From: Acidobacteriota bacterium
GTDB lineage: Bacteria; Acidobacteriota; UBA890; WLXD01
Length of the DNA: 64,000 bases
Assembly: GCA_963666055.2 (NCBI GenBank)
Contig: CAXWPH010000015.1
Coordinates: 1,664,001 to 1,728,000, forward strand
Reading direction: 5' to 3'
Below the pieces are notes generated by a model. That model did no database searches. It was not told the origin of the DNA and was given only the letters and a program-made list of their open reading frames with translations. Both the position numbers and the translations under genes were made by a program. Every line of letters begins with the position of its first letter. The first letter of the stretch is position 1. Shown here one piece after another: positions 1 through 10,680 of this stretch.

Positions 1-1710
1 CTTGCCGCGCTGTTCGATGCCGAGGGTGAACAGCAGGCTGACGATCATCAATGCCGACAAGATGAGAAAGAAGCTGAAGGCGAGAAACAGCTGGCCGAAG
101 TCGGTCGCCCCTGCCGCCGCTTCGAGTCCCTGGCTCTTGATGTCGACAAAGCGGAACCCATAGTCCTGCGGCTCGAGCCGCTCGAGCAGGATCGAGCCGA
201 GCTCGAAGCTGAACGTAGCCGGGTCGACGCCCGCGGGGACCGCCACCCGAACCGCCGTGGTGGCCCCGTATCGCGTGCTCCACAGCCGTCGGCCAGTATC
301 TGCCGCGACGAAGGACTTCGGGGTGCCACGGTAAGCATCCCAGTACTCCTCGTCGACATCGCGGATGACGCTCAAATCGACCGGGAACGGAGGTTCCCAG
401 TCGGCAATATTGTCGATGCCCTCGATGCCCGGATACTCGGGCGTGAGATCAGCGTCCACCGCCAGGCCGCGCATCGCAACGGTTCCAGCCATTCGGAAGC
501 GGGTCTCCTCGGTGCGCAACTGCTCGTCGAGCCCGACGACGTAGTAGCTCATACGCAGCTCGTCGCCCGTCGACGCACCGAGCTCGGTTGCGGTCCACTC
601 GTTGAGCAGAATCTCGTCCGCTCCGAGTGCCGGAGCCGGCGTTCCGTCGAGCAGGTTCAATCGCCCGAACGGCATCGAGTCGTCCAAGACGTCCAAGGCC
701 AGCACCATCGAATAGGGTACCTGGCGATCCGCGATCCGCAGGCTGTTCGACATGTAGACCTGCAGACGCTGGGTCGGTGCTCGGAGGTCGCGCGCCGCGG
801 CCTCGATGGTCTCTACCAGCCCCGGTCGAAGGACGAACTCCTCGCTCTCGATCTCGATGAGCGTAGTGTTCGCCGGGCCCTCGATCGCGCTTAGCCCGAG
901 CCCGATGTCGGCGAGGCTCAGCGAGGTGACCAGCAAGGGCTGAGGATCGGCATCACTGTCGCCGCGGCGGTCTAGCAACAGGGAATTGACGCGCCCCGGT
1001 TGCTCGACAGCAGCCTGTAGATCGTTGAGCGACAAGAAGGCATTCAGCGGCGAGGCCTGGTGCGGGTTGAGGTCGAAGCGGCCGATTCCACGATCCGGCA
1101 CGACCTCGACCAGGCTCGTGCGTATCGTGCCGACTACGTCCTCCGCCTCACGGCTACCCAGCAACGTATCGCGAGGCACCTCGCTGCCGAGCCGGAAGCG
1201 CACCAATAGCTGGTCGCCGAGCACGGCGCCGAGCTCGCGCTGCAGTGACGCGTTTATCACGATGGACGGGAACAATTGGCCGCTGCTGCGAGCGAAGCTC
1301 ATCGCTGGTTGGCGGTCACTGGCCTGGCTTTGGAATACCGCGGAGGTCGTCGGTTCGTCGAACAGCTCGATGAATGCGTCGTCGATGCCGAACACATTGA
1401 CCTGCGACGCGCGTGCACGGGTGTCGGCATGGACGGCGTTGCCGCGTAGCAGGATGGCGCCCGCAACCCGCTCGAACCCGGCGGTGAAGTCGGGGAGCGC
1501 CGCTAGCTCATCGACGAGATCGGCGCGGAAGAAGCGCTCGGCGACCAGCGATGTGTCGATGTGGCCCAGTCGGTCGAGGGTGAGGTCGCGGAGGCTGGCG
1601 CGCACGGAGTCCCCCACCAGCAGGGCTCCAGTCAGCACCGCTGCGCACACCGCTACGGCTAGCGTGACGGCAAGGTTGACGCGCCAATGGTGGGTCAGAC
1701 TTCGAAGCAT
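1..1710 (-). CDS. ABC transporter permease, FtsX/MacB-like (runs off left edge)
   Basis: Not in ORF track; manual translation from ATG at 1710 gives [49 protein letters not shown]; overlaps stop of the ABC ATPase; hydrophobic GQLFLAFSFFLILSALMIVSLLF segment near position 40-100. Confidence 0.85.
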   Translation of the reverse strand, partial: MLRSLTHHWRVNLAVTLAVAVCAAVLTGALLVGDSVRASLRDLTLDRLGHIDTSLVAERFFRADLVDELAALPDFTAGFERVAGAILLRGNAVHADTRARASQVNVFGIDDAFIELFDEPTTSAVFQSQASDRQPAMSFARSSGQLFPSIVINASLQRELGAVLGDQLLVRFRLGSEVPRDTLLGSREAEDVVGTIRTSLVEVVPDRGIGRFDLNPHQASPLNAFLSLNDLQAAVEQPGRVNSLLLDRRGDSDADPQPLLVTSLSLADIGLGLSAIEGPANTTLIEIESEEFVLRPGLVETIEAAARDLRAPTQRLQVYMSNSLRIADRQVPYSMVLALDVLDDSMPFGRLNLLDGTPAPALGADEILLNEWTATELGASTGDELRMSYYVVGLDEQLRTEETRFRMAGTVAMRGLAVDADLTPEYPGIEGIDNIADWEPPFPVDLSVIRDVDEEYWDAYRGTPKSFVAADTGRRLWSTRYGATTAVRVAVPAGVDPATFSFELGSILLERLEPQDYGFRFVDIKSQGLEAAAGATDFGQLFLAFSFFLILSALMIVSLLFTLGIEQRGK

Positions 1711-2363
1711 CGACCCTCCCGCAACTCTAGTCGACGCCCGAAGCGCTGTGCCAGATCCGAGTTATGCGTGACCACGACCAGAACGTTGGACTCCTGGCCG
1801 TGCAGTTCGAGCAACAGTTCCGCCACGGCGTTGGCGGCTCGATGATCAAGGTTACCGGTGGGCTCGTCGCACAGCAGCACAGCCGGCCGATTGATCAAGG
1901 CTCGGGCGATCGCCACCCGCTGGCGCTCGCCGCCCGACAGCTGTGCCGGCCGGTGATCGAGTCGGTGCCCCAACCCGACGCGCTCCAGCAGTTGCCGGGC
2001 GCGTTCCTCACCTGCGGCATTGCCGGCGAACGCCAGCGTAGGGACGATTGTGTTCTCGAGCACGCTGTACTGCGGCAGCAGGTGATGATCCTGAAACACG
2101 AAGCCGATCGACTCGTTGCGGAAGCGAGCCATATCGGGCTCGCTCAGAGCGAACGGGTTGCGGCCGCCGATTTTCACGTCGCCAGCGGTCGGCGGCTCGA
2201 GCGTGCCTATGATGTGCAGCACGGTGCTCTTGCCTGAGCCGGACGGGCCCATGATCGCCACCGAGTCTCCCGCAGCGACGTCGAACGAGACTCCGTCGAG
2301 CACCGGTACGGTGGTGTCACCGATCTCGAATTGCTTGACGACGTTGGTGACCTGCAGGTCCAA
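1695..2363 (-). CDS. ABC transporter ATP-binding protein, LolD/MacB-like
   Basis: Walker [10 protein letters not shown], signature LSGGERQR, Walker [15 protein letters not shown] switch. Confidence 0.95.
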   Translation of the reverse strand: MDLQVTNVVKQFEIGDTTVPVLDGVSFDVAAGDSVAIMGPSGSGKSTVLHIIGTLEPPTAGDVKIGGRNPFALSEPDMARFRNESIGFVFQDHHLLPQYSVLENTIVPTLAFAGNAAGEERARQLLERVGLGHRLDHRPAQLSGGERQRVAIARALINRPAVLLCDEPTGNLDHRAANAVAELLLELHGQESNVLVVVTHNSDLAQRFGRRLELREGRCFEV

Positions 2364-2390
2364 GCGACTCCTCCCAATGTGCCTGCCGGG

Positions 2391-2816
2391 TTACTCGACG
2401 CTCCCCGCTTCCTGGATCTGATCGGCGATGAAGGCAGGGATCTCTATGGCCCGCGGACCCGACATCTCCATGGAACAGCACACAGAGGTCATCGAGCCGG
2501 TGCCAACAAGACGCTCGCCGACGTGGATTGAAAACCCGTACGTCAGCGCCTTGCTTCCCTTGCGCAACACGCGGAGGTGAATGTCGACCACATCGTTGAA
2601 ACGTGCTGGCGAGTTGAACTGTGCTTCGACCGCTACCCGCGGCCATCCAAGCTGCATGCCGTCGTGGTGCATGTGCACGCTCGCACCGAGTGCGTCGATG
2701 AAGGCGTGCTCGGCATTCTCCATGAACACGATCAACCGAGAGAAGTGCACGATCCCGGCCATGTCGGTATCGGAGAACTCTACTTTCCGCTGAATCGTCA
2801 GTTCGTGCATACCCAT
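2391..2816 (-). CDS. acyl-CoA thioesterase (4HBT/hotdog fold)
   Basis: VEFSDTDMAGIVHFSR motif, 141 aa. Confidence 0.9.
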   Translation of the reverse strand: MGMHELTIQRKVEFSDTDMAGIVHFSRLIVFMENAEHAFIDALGASVHMHHDGMQLGWPRVAVEAQFNSPARFNDVVDIHLRVLRKGSKALTYGFSIHVGERLVGTGSMTSVCCSMEMSGPRAIEIPAFIADQIQEAGSVE

Positions 2817-4096
2817 CGCTCATACTCGCGCACCGTCGCCGCTGCCATGACCTCGTCAGAGAAATCACGGTGAACCGCTTGGCGGCCGATGCGGCCGAGC
2901 TCACGGCCTCGTTCAGGATCGCGCATCAGCGCCTCGAGCGCATCTACCACCGCATCATCTGCCTCTGGATCCACCAGCACCCCTCCGCCAGTCCACTCGA
3001 TCAACTCCGGAAAGCCGCCATGCGCGGGTACCACCACCGGCACGGCACTGGCCATCGCCTCCAGCGCCGGCAGCCCCTTCGATTCTCGGTAGACCGTCGG
3101 CAGGCAAAAGACGTCGATCGAGCTGAGGAATCGCATCTTGCCGTGGCGATCGACTTCGCCGACCCAGTCGACGTGGTCCGACAGGCCCCAGTCCGCCACC
3201 TGGCGTTGCTGCTCGTCGACATAGGCCGCGTCGCGTTTGCTCGTGTATCCGGCGATGCGCAAGCGGAGTCGGTCTTTTCCGACCCGCCGAGTCAACTCGT
3301 TGAAGGCTGCGACCAGGCGATGCACTCCTTTTTCCGGACAGAGCCTGGCGAGGAACCCGATCGTGTACGGCTCGTCTGCAGACCGCGCCCGTGTCTGATG
3401 CCCGGACAGCGTGATCCCGAGGGGCACCACGCGAATCTTCTCGGCCGACGTTGCCAGGTAGCCGCGCACATGCTCGGCGTAGTAGCGGTTCGGCGCTACG
3501 AAGCCGTCGACATCGATGGTGTGGGCGCGTAGCTCCGCTACGAAACGCGTTCTGTAGGGCTCCACGATCTCATCGATGAAGATGTCCTCTCCTTGTACAC
3601 CGCAAAGCACCGGCACGCGGAGCTCGCGTTTGAGGGTTCGCGCCAGGCCCAACAGCAAGGCGTTGGTGATGTGCACGATCTGCGGTTTGAAGTCGTCGCG
3701 CAGCCACGCGACGAGGCTTTCGAGCTCGCGACGCTGACGGCCATCCTCGCCTCGCAGCACCGACAAGGCCAGGGCACCCAGCTCCGCGCCCTGCGTGGCG
3801 CTCGAGCCCGCCAACCGCAAGACGTTTCTGAGAAGAGCCGGCCGGTCGAGCAACCAGTGCAGGATGCCGGGGCGGCGTCGGAAGAGCTTCCAGTGCTGCT
3901 CCAGGTAGACGTTGACGGCGCCATAGAAGACGCGGTCGATGCTGACGTTGTCCTCGTCGGTGCGGATCGGCGTGTACATGGGAATTAACGCCACGTCGTG
4001 TCCGCCCTTCTGCAGTGCGGCCGCCAGCGTGTTGTCGTGCAGACAGCTACCGCAGTACATCCCCGCCGCGCCGGCCGTGATGTAGGCGATGCGCAT
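2798..4096 (-). CDS. glycosyltransferase family 4
   Basis: GT-B C-terminal motifs RLCPEKG and ESKGLPALEAMASAVPVV; N-terminal GAAGMYCGSCLHDN. Confidence 0.9.
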   Translation of the reverse strand: MRIAYITAGAAGMYCGSCLHDNTLAAALQKGGHDVALIPMYTPIRTDEDNVSIDRVFYGAVNVYLEQHWKLFRRRPGILHWLLDRPALLRNVLRLAGSSATQGAELGALALSVLRGEDGRQRRELESLVAWLRDDFKPQIVHITNALLLGLARTLKRELRVPVLCGVQGEDIFIDEIVEPYRTRFVAELRAHTIDVDGFVAPNRYYAEHVRGYLATSAEKIRVVPLGITLSGHQTRARSADEPYTIGFLARLCPEKGVHRLVAAFNELTRRVGKDRLRLRIAGYTSKRDAAYVDEQQRQVADWGLSDHVDWVGEVDRHGKMRFLSSIDVFCLPTVYRESKGLPALEAMASAVPVVVPAHGGFPELIEWTGGGVLVDPEADDAVVDALEALMRDPERGRELGRIGRQAVHRDFSDEVMAAATVREYERWVCTN

Positions 4097-4106
4097 GCGG
4101 CGTCGC

Positions 4107-5576
4107 CTAGCCGGCTGGCGGAACGATGAAGCGGTTGACGTGCTCGTCGTCGGGCGGGTGGGTCAGCAGCGACACGACAATCATCGCCACGCTCGACGCT
4201 GCCAAGATGACCGCCACAGCCATGACGCCGCTTCCACCGACCGTGTACGTCCGATCGCCCCATCCCTGGTAGAAGAAGTAGCTCCATAGAACGACCACCG
4301 TGCCGACGCACGCCGTCGCACCCTGCTTGGTGCTGCGTCGCCAGAACAGCCCGCCGATGGCGATCGGTATCAGCGCAGCGAAGCCGGTGAACGACCAGGT
4401 AGCCAGATCGAAGATGCTTCGATCGGAGAACAAGAACAGCGTGTAGGTGAACGCCAGGATCGCCACGACGAACAGCCTTCCTGAGAGGATTTGTTGGCGG
4501 TCGGTGAGGCGGTCGGCGTGACCGTAATGGCGGACGATGTCCTCGGTAAACATCGTCCCCAGCGATAACACCTGCGAGTCGAGCGACGACATCACGGCCG
4601 CGAACACGCCAGCGCCGAGCAGTCCGGCGAGGACCCCGGGTGCGTGCAACGTGATCATCTGCACGAGGATGGAGTTCGATTGCCCACCGACGAGGCCGGG
4701 AAAGTCGAGCCTGCCGGCGATTCCTAGCAACACCGGCGGCAGCCAGACGGCGGCGATGCACAGCGGATACACCATCACCGTCAGCCGGAAGTTCTCCAAC
4801 CGCCTGGCGCTCAGCCAGTGCATGAACATGTGCGGGAACATTGCTGGCGAGAGCGGGATCAGCGAGTAGGTGAGCCATCGTACCGGGGAGAAGTTGCCTT
4901 CCCGTACCAGCAACTCCGGCGCCTCTGCCGCGATTCTGCTCATCACCACGCCGACGCCACCCATGTTACGAAATACGACGAAGACGGTAACCGCTCCGAG
5001 GACCATGAAGACGATGGTCTGGAAGGTATTCACCCAGGCGGTGCCGCGCAGACCCCCGTAGGTCACGTATGTCAGGACGACCAGACAGATCACCAGGCCG
5101 CCGATCCACTCGGGGACGTCTCCCCCGGTAACCTGGTTGAGCGTGATCCCGCCGGCCATGACGCCGATGAGAAGGTATGGGATCACCAGGCCAACCAGCA
5201 CCACGAACAGCAACAGGCCGAGAGAATCTGACTCCCAACGGTCGCGGAAGAACTGCACCTGGGTAACGTAACCATGGCGTTTGCCGATCGCCCAAGCGCG
5301 CGTGCCGACGAAGAAGAAGATCGCTGGGATCACCAGGCCAGAGATCGCCGGCATGAAGCCGAATACGCCGATTCCGGCGTGATAGGCCTCGCCTGAGGCG
5401 CCCAGCAGAGCGAACGCCGTCATGTTGGTGCCGAACAGCGACATCAACAGAAGGAAGGGCCCGATGCTACGGGTGGCGAGGAAATAATCTTCGCCGGTCC
5501 CCTGGAACAGACGGTGGCTGAAAGCTCCGATCGACAGCACTGCCGCCATGTAAACGGCGATGATCGCCAGCGTCAC
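4107..5576 (-). CDS. sodium:solute symporter family protein
   Basis: Many TM segments, YFLATRSIG, YVTYGGLRGTAWVNTFQ, AAVMSSLDSQ. Confidence 0.95.
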   Translation of the reverse strand: MTLAIIAVYMAAVLSIGAFSHRLFQGTGEDYFLATRSIGPFLLLMSLFGTNMTAFALLGASGEAYHAGIGVFGFMPAISGLVIPAIFFFVGTRAWAIGKRHGYVTQVQFFRDRWESDSLGLLLFVVLVGLVIPYLLIGVMAGGITLNQVTGGDVPEWIGGLVICLVVLTYVTYGGLRGTAWVNTFQTIVFMVLGAVTVFVVFRNMGGVGVVMSRIAAEAPELLVREGNFSPVRWLTYSLIPLSPAMFPHMFMHWLSARRLENFRLTVMVYPLCIAAVWLPPVLLGIAGRLDFPGLVGGQSNSILVQMITLHAPGVLAGLLGAGVFAAVMSSLDSQVLSLGTMFTEDIVRHYGHADRLTDRQQILSGRLFVVAILAFTYTLFLFSDRSIFDLATWSFTGFAALIPIAIGGLFWRRSTKQGATACVGTVVVLWSYFFYQGWGDRTYTVGGSGVMAVAVILAASSVAMIVVSLLTHPPDDEHVNRFIVPPAG

Positions 5577-5800
5577 TGGTGGTCTCCGGAATCATCGATT
5601 TCAAGGTGGTGCGGCCATGCCTGGGTGACGAGTACGTACATCACCACCGCCGTCGCCCCCATGTACGCGAGGTGGTACAGCAGACCCATGGGCAGCCCGA
5701 AGCGCAGTCGCGCGTCGTTCCAGAGCCACCAGTCGTTGTGCAGCACATAGAGCAGCGCCAACAAGCCGTAGAGTTTCAGCCGGCTGCCACTCATGCGCAC
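5573..5800 (-). CDS. small membrane protein, DUF3311-like SSS partner
   Basis: LHNDWWLW...FGLP motif, two TM segments, ATGA overlap with symporter. Confidence 0.8.
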   Translation of the reverse strand: MRMSGSRLKLYGLLALLYVLHNDWWLWNDARLRFGLPMGLLYHLAYMGATAVVMYVLVTQAWPHHLEIDDSGDHQ

Positions 5801-5852
5801 CTCATCGGACGGTTCCTCAATGGGATATGGGGCCTGTTGGCTCCGGGCTGCC

Positions 5853-5889
5853 CTAGCAGACCGTGGTGGAGGTGTTGTGGGCCTGCTAA
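5853..5889. repeat. MITE terminal-repeat remnant
   Basis: CTAGCAGACCGTGGTGGAGGTG...GGCCTGCTA resembles the ends of the 30810-31088 element; overlaps the stop codon of the halogenase-like gene. Confidence 0.65.
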
Positions 5890-7160
5890 CGCTCGCTGGT
5901 AGTTTCCTGGAGTCTGAACGGCTCGTACGCCGGCAATGCGCAGAACTTCTCCATCGACTCTAGCAGTCGGCTGAGGTTTTTTCTGTAGACATTGCCGATC
6001 AACAGGTTCACCAGCTCGTCCTTGACGTCGGGGAACTGGCCCAGAAACTCCGCGAAGCTGAACTCGTTCGAATAGTAGGCGTAGACGAGCTTGCGCATCG
6101 CTTCGACGCCCTCGAGGAACTCGTTGCCGTGCCGCCCGAGCCGCTCGGCCGATAGCTCTGCATGCTCGAACGCGTCGAGGATCGAGTCGGCGGCGTATTC
6201 GGCGCCCTTGAGCGCCAGGAATACTCCCGACGAGTAGATCGGATCGATGAAGCCGAAAGCGTCGCCTACCATCACCCAGCCGTCGCCTGCGACGCGCTGG
6301 CTGGCGTATGAGAAGTCTCTGAGGACTCGGACCTCGTGTAGCTGCTTGGCCCCATCGATCCTCTCCAGCAGCGCCGGGCAACCGGCGGCCTCCTCGTCGT
6401 AAACGCGCTGCGGGTTCTTGGTGCGGCCCTTCACGAGGCGATCGATGGGTCCCACCACGCCAGCGCTGACCACTCCGTCCGGCAACGGGATGTACCAAAA
6501 CCAGGTTCTCGGCTGGCTCGTGTAAAAAATCAGCGTCGCTCCCTCGTCGACGCCCTCGCCGCGCCAGCCACCGCTATAGCGCGTATAGAAGGAGCAGTTC
6601 ATCAGGTTGGGATCCACTTGTCTGAGCTTCAGGCGCTTGGCGAGCATGGCCGACTGCCCGGTGGCGTCGACCACCACGCCGGCCTCGAGGCGATGCGTCG
6701 ACCCGTCGGCGAATCGTGCCTCGACACCGCGAGCGCGATCGCCGTCGAATAGCACCTCGGTGGCGCGGGCACGTTCGTGCACTTCCACGCCGTGCTCGCG
6801 GGCGTTGTTCAGCAACATCTGGTCGAAGGCACTGCGGTCGACTTGCCAGGTCTGGGCGCTCGGTCCCGGTTCGGTCTCGGAGAAATAGAACGGTACCGAA
6901 CCGTGACCGTTGGCGGAGAAGAACTGCACCGAGTGCTTGTGGGGGAAGCGGCTGCCCTTCATCTGCTCGAGCACGCCAAGGCGCTCGAGCGTCCAGTAGG
7001 TGGCCGGCATGAGCGACTCGCCGATGCGAAAGCGGGGGAACTGCTCGCGTTCGAGAAGTAGCACGCGGAGCCCGCCGTCCGCGGTCAACGTTGCCGTCGC
7101 CGACCCAGCCGGACCACCGCCCACGACGATGACGTCGTAGGCATCAGCCTCGGGAGACAT
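5886..7160 (-). CDS. FAD-dependent halogenase-family oxidoreductase
   Basis: GGGPAG, FPRFRIGES, FPHK, WFWYIP, GDAFGFIDPIYSSG; start set at ATG 7160 (ATGA overlap with TonB stop). Confidence 0.85.
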   Translation of the reverse strand: MSPEADAYDVIVVGGGPAGSATATLTADGGLRVLLLEREQFPRFRIGESLMPATYWTLERLGVLEQMKGSRFPHKHSVQFFSANGHGSVPFYFSETEPGPSAQTWQVDRSAFDQMLLNNAREHGVEVHERARATEVLFDGDRARGVEARFADGSTHRLEAGVVVDATGQSAMLAKRLKLRQVDPNLMNCSFYTRYSGGWRGEGVDEGATLIFYTSQPRTWFWYIPLPDGVVSAGVVGPIDRLVKGRTKNPQRVYDEEAAGCPALLERIDGAKQLHEVRVLRDFSYASQRVAGDGWVMVGDAFGFIDPIYSSGVFLALKGAEYAADSILDAFEHAELSAERLGRHGNEFLEGVEAMRKLVYAYYSNEFSFAEFLGQFPDVKDELVNLLIGNVYRKNLSRLLESMEKFCALPAYEPFRLQETTSER

Positions 7161-9286
7161 CAGAACTCGTAGCCGAGGCGCAAGGTGGCGGCCACTGGAC
7201 TCGCCGGAGTGACCGATTGTGAGCCGAAGCCGCGCACGAAGTAGGCCGAGTCGGTAAGGTTCTGCACGTTGAGGCTGACCCGGTAGCGCGACCAGTCGTA
7301 GGCCAGGGTGCCCGAGACGATGAACGCGTGGTCGATGTTGAAGGCGTTGTCCTCGGCGATGAACTGATTGCCGATGTAGCGGCCGCCGAGGCTTATGCCC
7401 AGCCCATGGCTGAACGTCTTGCTGGCCCACACGTTGAGCAGATGCTCCGGCGCGAACGCCGGGCGGTTCCCGCCATGGTCCAGGGTTTGCGCAAACGGCA
7501 CGCCGAATGAGGTGAAGGCAGTAACGCGCTCGGTGAACTCCGTCAGCACGGCGTCGTTGTAGGCGTATGAAACTACCCCACGGAACCCTCGGCCTGGCTC
7601 GGCGGCGAGCTCGAGCTCGAAACCCGAGGAACGTTGGTTGCCGATCTGCTGGGTGAAGCCATTGTCGTCCGGGATCGCGATGTTGTCGCGTACCAGGCGG
7701 TACACGGCGGCGGTCGCCTGCAGGCGCCCGTCGAGCAACCGGAGCTTGAGGCCGAGCTCCACCTGTTTGCTCTCCTCGGGAGCGAGGTCCTCGAATGTAC
7801 GCGGCGACGGCGGTGCGAACGAGCGCGAGTAGTTTGCGTAGATCGAGACCTCGTCGTTCGCCGCCCAGGCCGCCCCCAGCATCGGCGACAGCTTGCTGTC
7901 GTTGCTAGACCGTCCGGTACGCTGATCGTCAAAATCGACGTTATCGAGGCGGGCGCCGGCGAGAATATACAGTCGCTCGGCGAAAGTGATCTGGTCGATC
8001 GCGTAGGGGGCGACGACGATGCTGCGTGCGTCGCCCGCACCGATACTTCCCAAGGGGAACGGCGGCAAGCCGGGCTCGACCGGGTCGAAGAGATCTACTG
8101 AAGCGAGCAGGAAGGCATCGAGGGTGAACTCGTCGGTATAGCGGGACGTCTCGATGCCGGTCAGCAGGCTGTGGTGCACACTGCCGGTATCGAAATCGAG
8201 AATCGCCTCGACCTGGCCGCCCAGTACGGCCTGCTTGTCGTCGAGCTGGATCTGCGAACGGGCCACGATTGTCCGGCCAGTAGGTACGAACGCCGGCGAG
8301 ATCTCGGGAAACGCGCCGATCAGCAGGGTGCCGTCCGATAGCCAGTCGAGGCCCCGATAGTAGAGCTTGCTGCGGATGCGGACCGTGTCGCTGAGCCGGC
8401 CCTCGTAGTCGAGCTGGAAGCGGTAGATGTTCTGCTCGGATCGATCGCTGGCGGCGTTGTAGTTGTTCTCCAGCCGTACGGACGGCGTCTCGTTGAATAG
8501 CAACGGGATGCCGGCCTCGGGGCTGAAGTCAGACCGCGCGTACTCGAAGTTGGCGTTGAGCGAGTGGTCGTCGGCGATCTGCCAGGTCAAAGCGGGATTG
8601 AACGCCGTGGCGTTGCTATGGCGGTCATCTCGGTACCCGGAAGAACCACGTACGAGCGCGTTGAAGCGAAACGCGACCCGTCCGTCGGCGGTCGCGTGGT
8701 TGGCATCGATCGTGCCGTCGAACGTCGAGAAGCTGCCACCGGACGTGCTGACGCGAAGCCCGCGGGTAGCAAGAGGCTGTTTGCGTACCAGGTTGATGGT
8801 ACCGGCCAAAGGGTTGCTACCGTACAGAAAGCCGCCGGGCCCCTTGAGAACCTCGACCAACTCGATGTTGTAGAGCTGATAGAACGTTGCCTCGGGCTCC
8901 GGGGCACCGTCGGTGAGTATCAGGCTGCTGCTGATCGAATCGAAGCCCCGCACGACGAAAAAGTCGTGCACGCCGCCGAACCCCGGTTGTACGTTGATAT
9001 TGCTGACGTTGATCAACGCGTCGCCGAGCACTTTCGCCTGCTGCTCATCGAACAGTGCCGCGGTGACGATGCCGACGTTGTTGGGGGTCAAGCGAAGCGG
9101 TAGCGAGAGCTTCGAGGCGATCGTGTTGGCGCTCGGTACCAGCGGCAGGCTGCCCTCCACGAAAATGAACTCGGTTGCCCGGAGTGGGAGCTGTTGCACT
9201 GCATCGTCGCGTTGCGAGGACTGTGCAGCGGCGGTCATGGGAACCGTGATGCACAGCACACATAGGATGATCTTCAAGATTCGCAC
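7160..9286 (-). CDS. TonB-dependent receptor
   Basis: Signal peptide, plug motifs (FVVRGF, IELVEVLKGPGGFLYG...GTINLVRK), NLTD, C-terminal YEF. Confidence 0.95.
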   Translation of the reverse strand: MRILKIILCVLCITVPMTAAAQSSQRDDAVQQLPLRATEFIFVEGSLPLVPSANTIASKLSLPLRLTPNNVGIVTAALFDEQQAKVLGDALINVSNINVQPGFGGVHDFFVVRGFDSISSSLILTDGAPEPEATFYQLYNIELVEVLKGPGGFLYGSNPLAGTINLVRKQPLATRGLRVSTSGGSFSTFDGTIDANHATADGRVAFRFNALVRGSSGYRDDRHSNATAFNPALTWQIADDHSLNANFEYARSDFSPEAGIPLLFNETPSVRLENNYNAASDRSEQNIYRFQLDYEGRLSDTVRIRSKLYYRGLDWLSDGTLLIGAFPEISPAFVPTGRTIVARSQIQLDDKQAVLGGQVEAILDFDTGSVHHSLLTGIETSRYTDEFTLDAFLLASVDLFDPVEPGLPPFPLGSIGAGDARSIVVAPYAIDQITFAERLYILAGARLDNVDFDDQRTGRSSNDSKLSPMLGAAWAANDEVSIYANYSRSFAPPSPRTFEDLAPEESKQVELGLKLRLLDGRLQATAAVYRLVRDNIAIPDDNGFTQQIGNQRSSGFELELAAEPGRGFRGVVSYAYNDAVLTEFTERVTAFTSFGVPFAQTLDHGGNRPAFAPEHLLNVWASKTFSHGLGISLGGRYIGNQFIAEDNAFNIDHAFIVSGTLAYDWSRYRVSLNVQNLTDSAYFVRGFGSQSVTPASPVAATLRLGYEF

Positions 9287-9361
9287 GGTCAGATTCCAAG
9301 GTTGGGGATCAGCGTCGCCGGCGAAAGCCCTGAGGCAGCCGTTCTCCGAGCGGATTTCGGT

Positions 9362-10668
9362 TCAGGGACTCTTCGAATCGGTGATCTCGAGAGCCACGAG
9401 CTCCTGTTCGTCACGTAAGTAGAGGATTCCATTTGCCAGTGTGGGTGCAGTCCAGGTCCTGCCTCGGAACACCTGTGCCCGTGATACCTGGAGGTATTCC
9501 CCGGGACTGAGCTTGACGAGCGTCAACGAGCCGCGGTCGCCCAGCACGATCAGGTGATCGTCTGCGTACAGCAGCGAGCCCTGTCCGTGTCCGCGCGCCC
9601 GCCACATTCTCTCATTCTCTCACCACGACTCAACTCGATACACTCCAGGATCGAGTTATCGAAGCCGTAGATGTAGTCGTTGACCAGGACGGAGCTGCTG
9701 AATTGGTTCTTCATCTCCCGCGTGCGCCATACGGTTTCCACTCCGAGGCGGTCGCCTGCGGGGACGCGCAGCAGAGCCGCGCCGACGCCGTAGCCCGAGG
9801 AGACGAAGATCTTGTCGGGCGGTACGAAGATCGGCGTCGCGGCGTTGACGCCAAATGTAGTTTCCCATGGCGTATCCCACAGCATCGCGCCGTTGTTCGG
9901 ATCCACGCCCACAATGCGCCGTCCGGTGAAGAACACGGCCTGCTGCTGCCCGCCGATCTGCACCAGCAGCGGCGTCGAGTAGCCCGGGGGGTCTCCGGCG
10001 GCGCGCCAAACTTCCTCGCCGGTCCGCTTGTCGAACGCCAACAGTGCGGCGTCGTGCCCGCCCGCCTCGACGAGGACGAGATCGCCGAAAACCCGAGGTG
10101 AGGTGGAGAACCCCCAATTCGGTCCGGTCGCCCGGTACTCCTCACGAAGATCGTGCTGCCATGCCGTGGCTCCGCTGTCGGCCTGCACGGCGACCAGCAT
10201 CCCTCGTGCGCTGATCACATAGACAATGCCCCCGTCGACGGTCGGAGTGGAGCGTGGACCATCGCCGGAGCTGTTGCGGTACATCTCGTCGATCCGAAGT
10301 CGCCACCGCTCGGCGCCGGTAGCCGTATCGAAGGCCCCCAGGTACGTGCCGCCACGCCCGAACATCGTGAAGGCGTGATCGCCGACAACAGAAACTCCGG
10401 AGAAACCCTTGCCAAGCGGCACCCGCCAGATCTCGCGCGGCCCCGACTCGGGCCAGGCGGTGAGAAGACCAATCTGCGGCGAGATACCATCGGCGTTCGG
10501 ACCTCGCAGCTGCGGCCAGTCCTGGGTCGCGCTGGGCGTCTGTGCGAGAGGCTCGGCCAAGTGGCTCGCATCGAGCCGCTGCAATGCACCGGTCAATACG
10601 ATGAGCAGCGCCGCCGCCGCGCGGCCGATCTCAACTGCGGTGACGCTACGAGCCGTACGACTGCTCAT
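9362..10668 (-). pseudogene. PQQ-binding-like beta-propeller protein, frameshifted
   Basis: DWPQLRGP N-terminus; C-terminal part (WTAPTLANGILYLRD) in another frame; 8-bp tandem duplication CATTCTCT at 9605-9620. Confidence 0.85.
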
Positions 10669-10680
10669 TCGTCGCCCCGA

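Noticed and set aside
7161-7430. N-terminal extension of ORF 5886..7430
   Set aside because: Overlaps the TonB gene out of frame; the Rossmann motif follows ATG 7160
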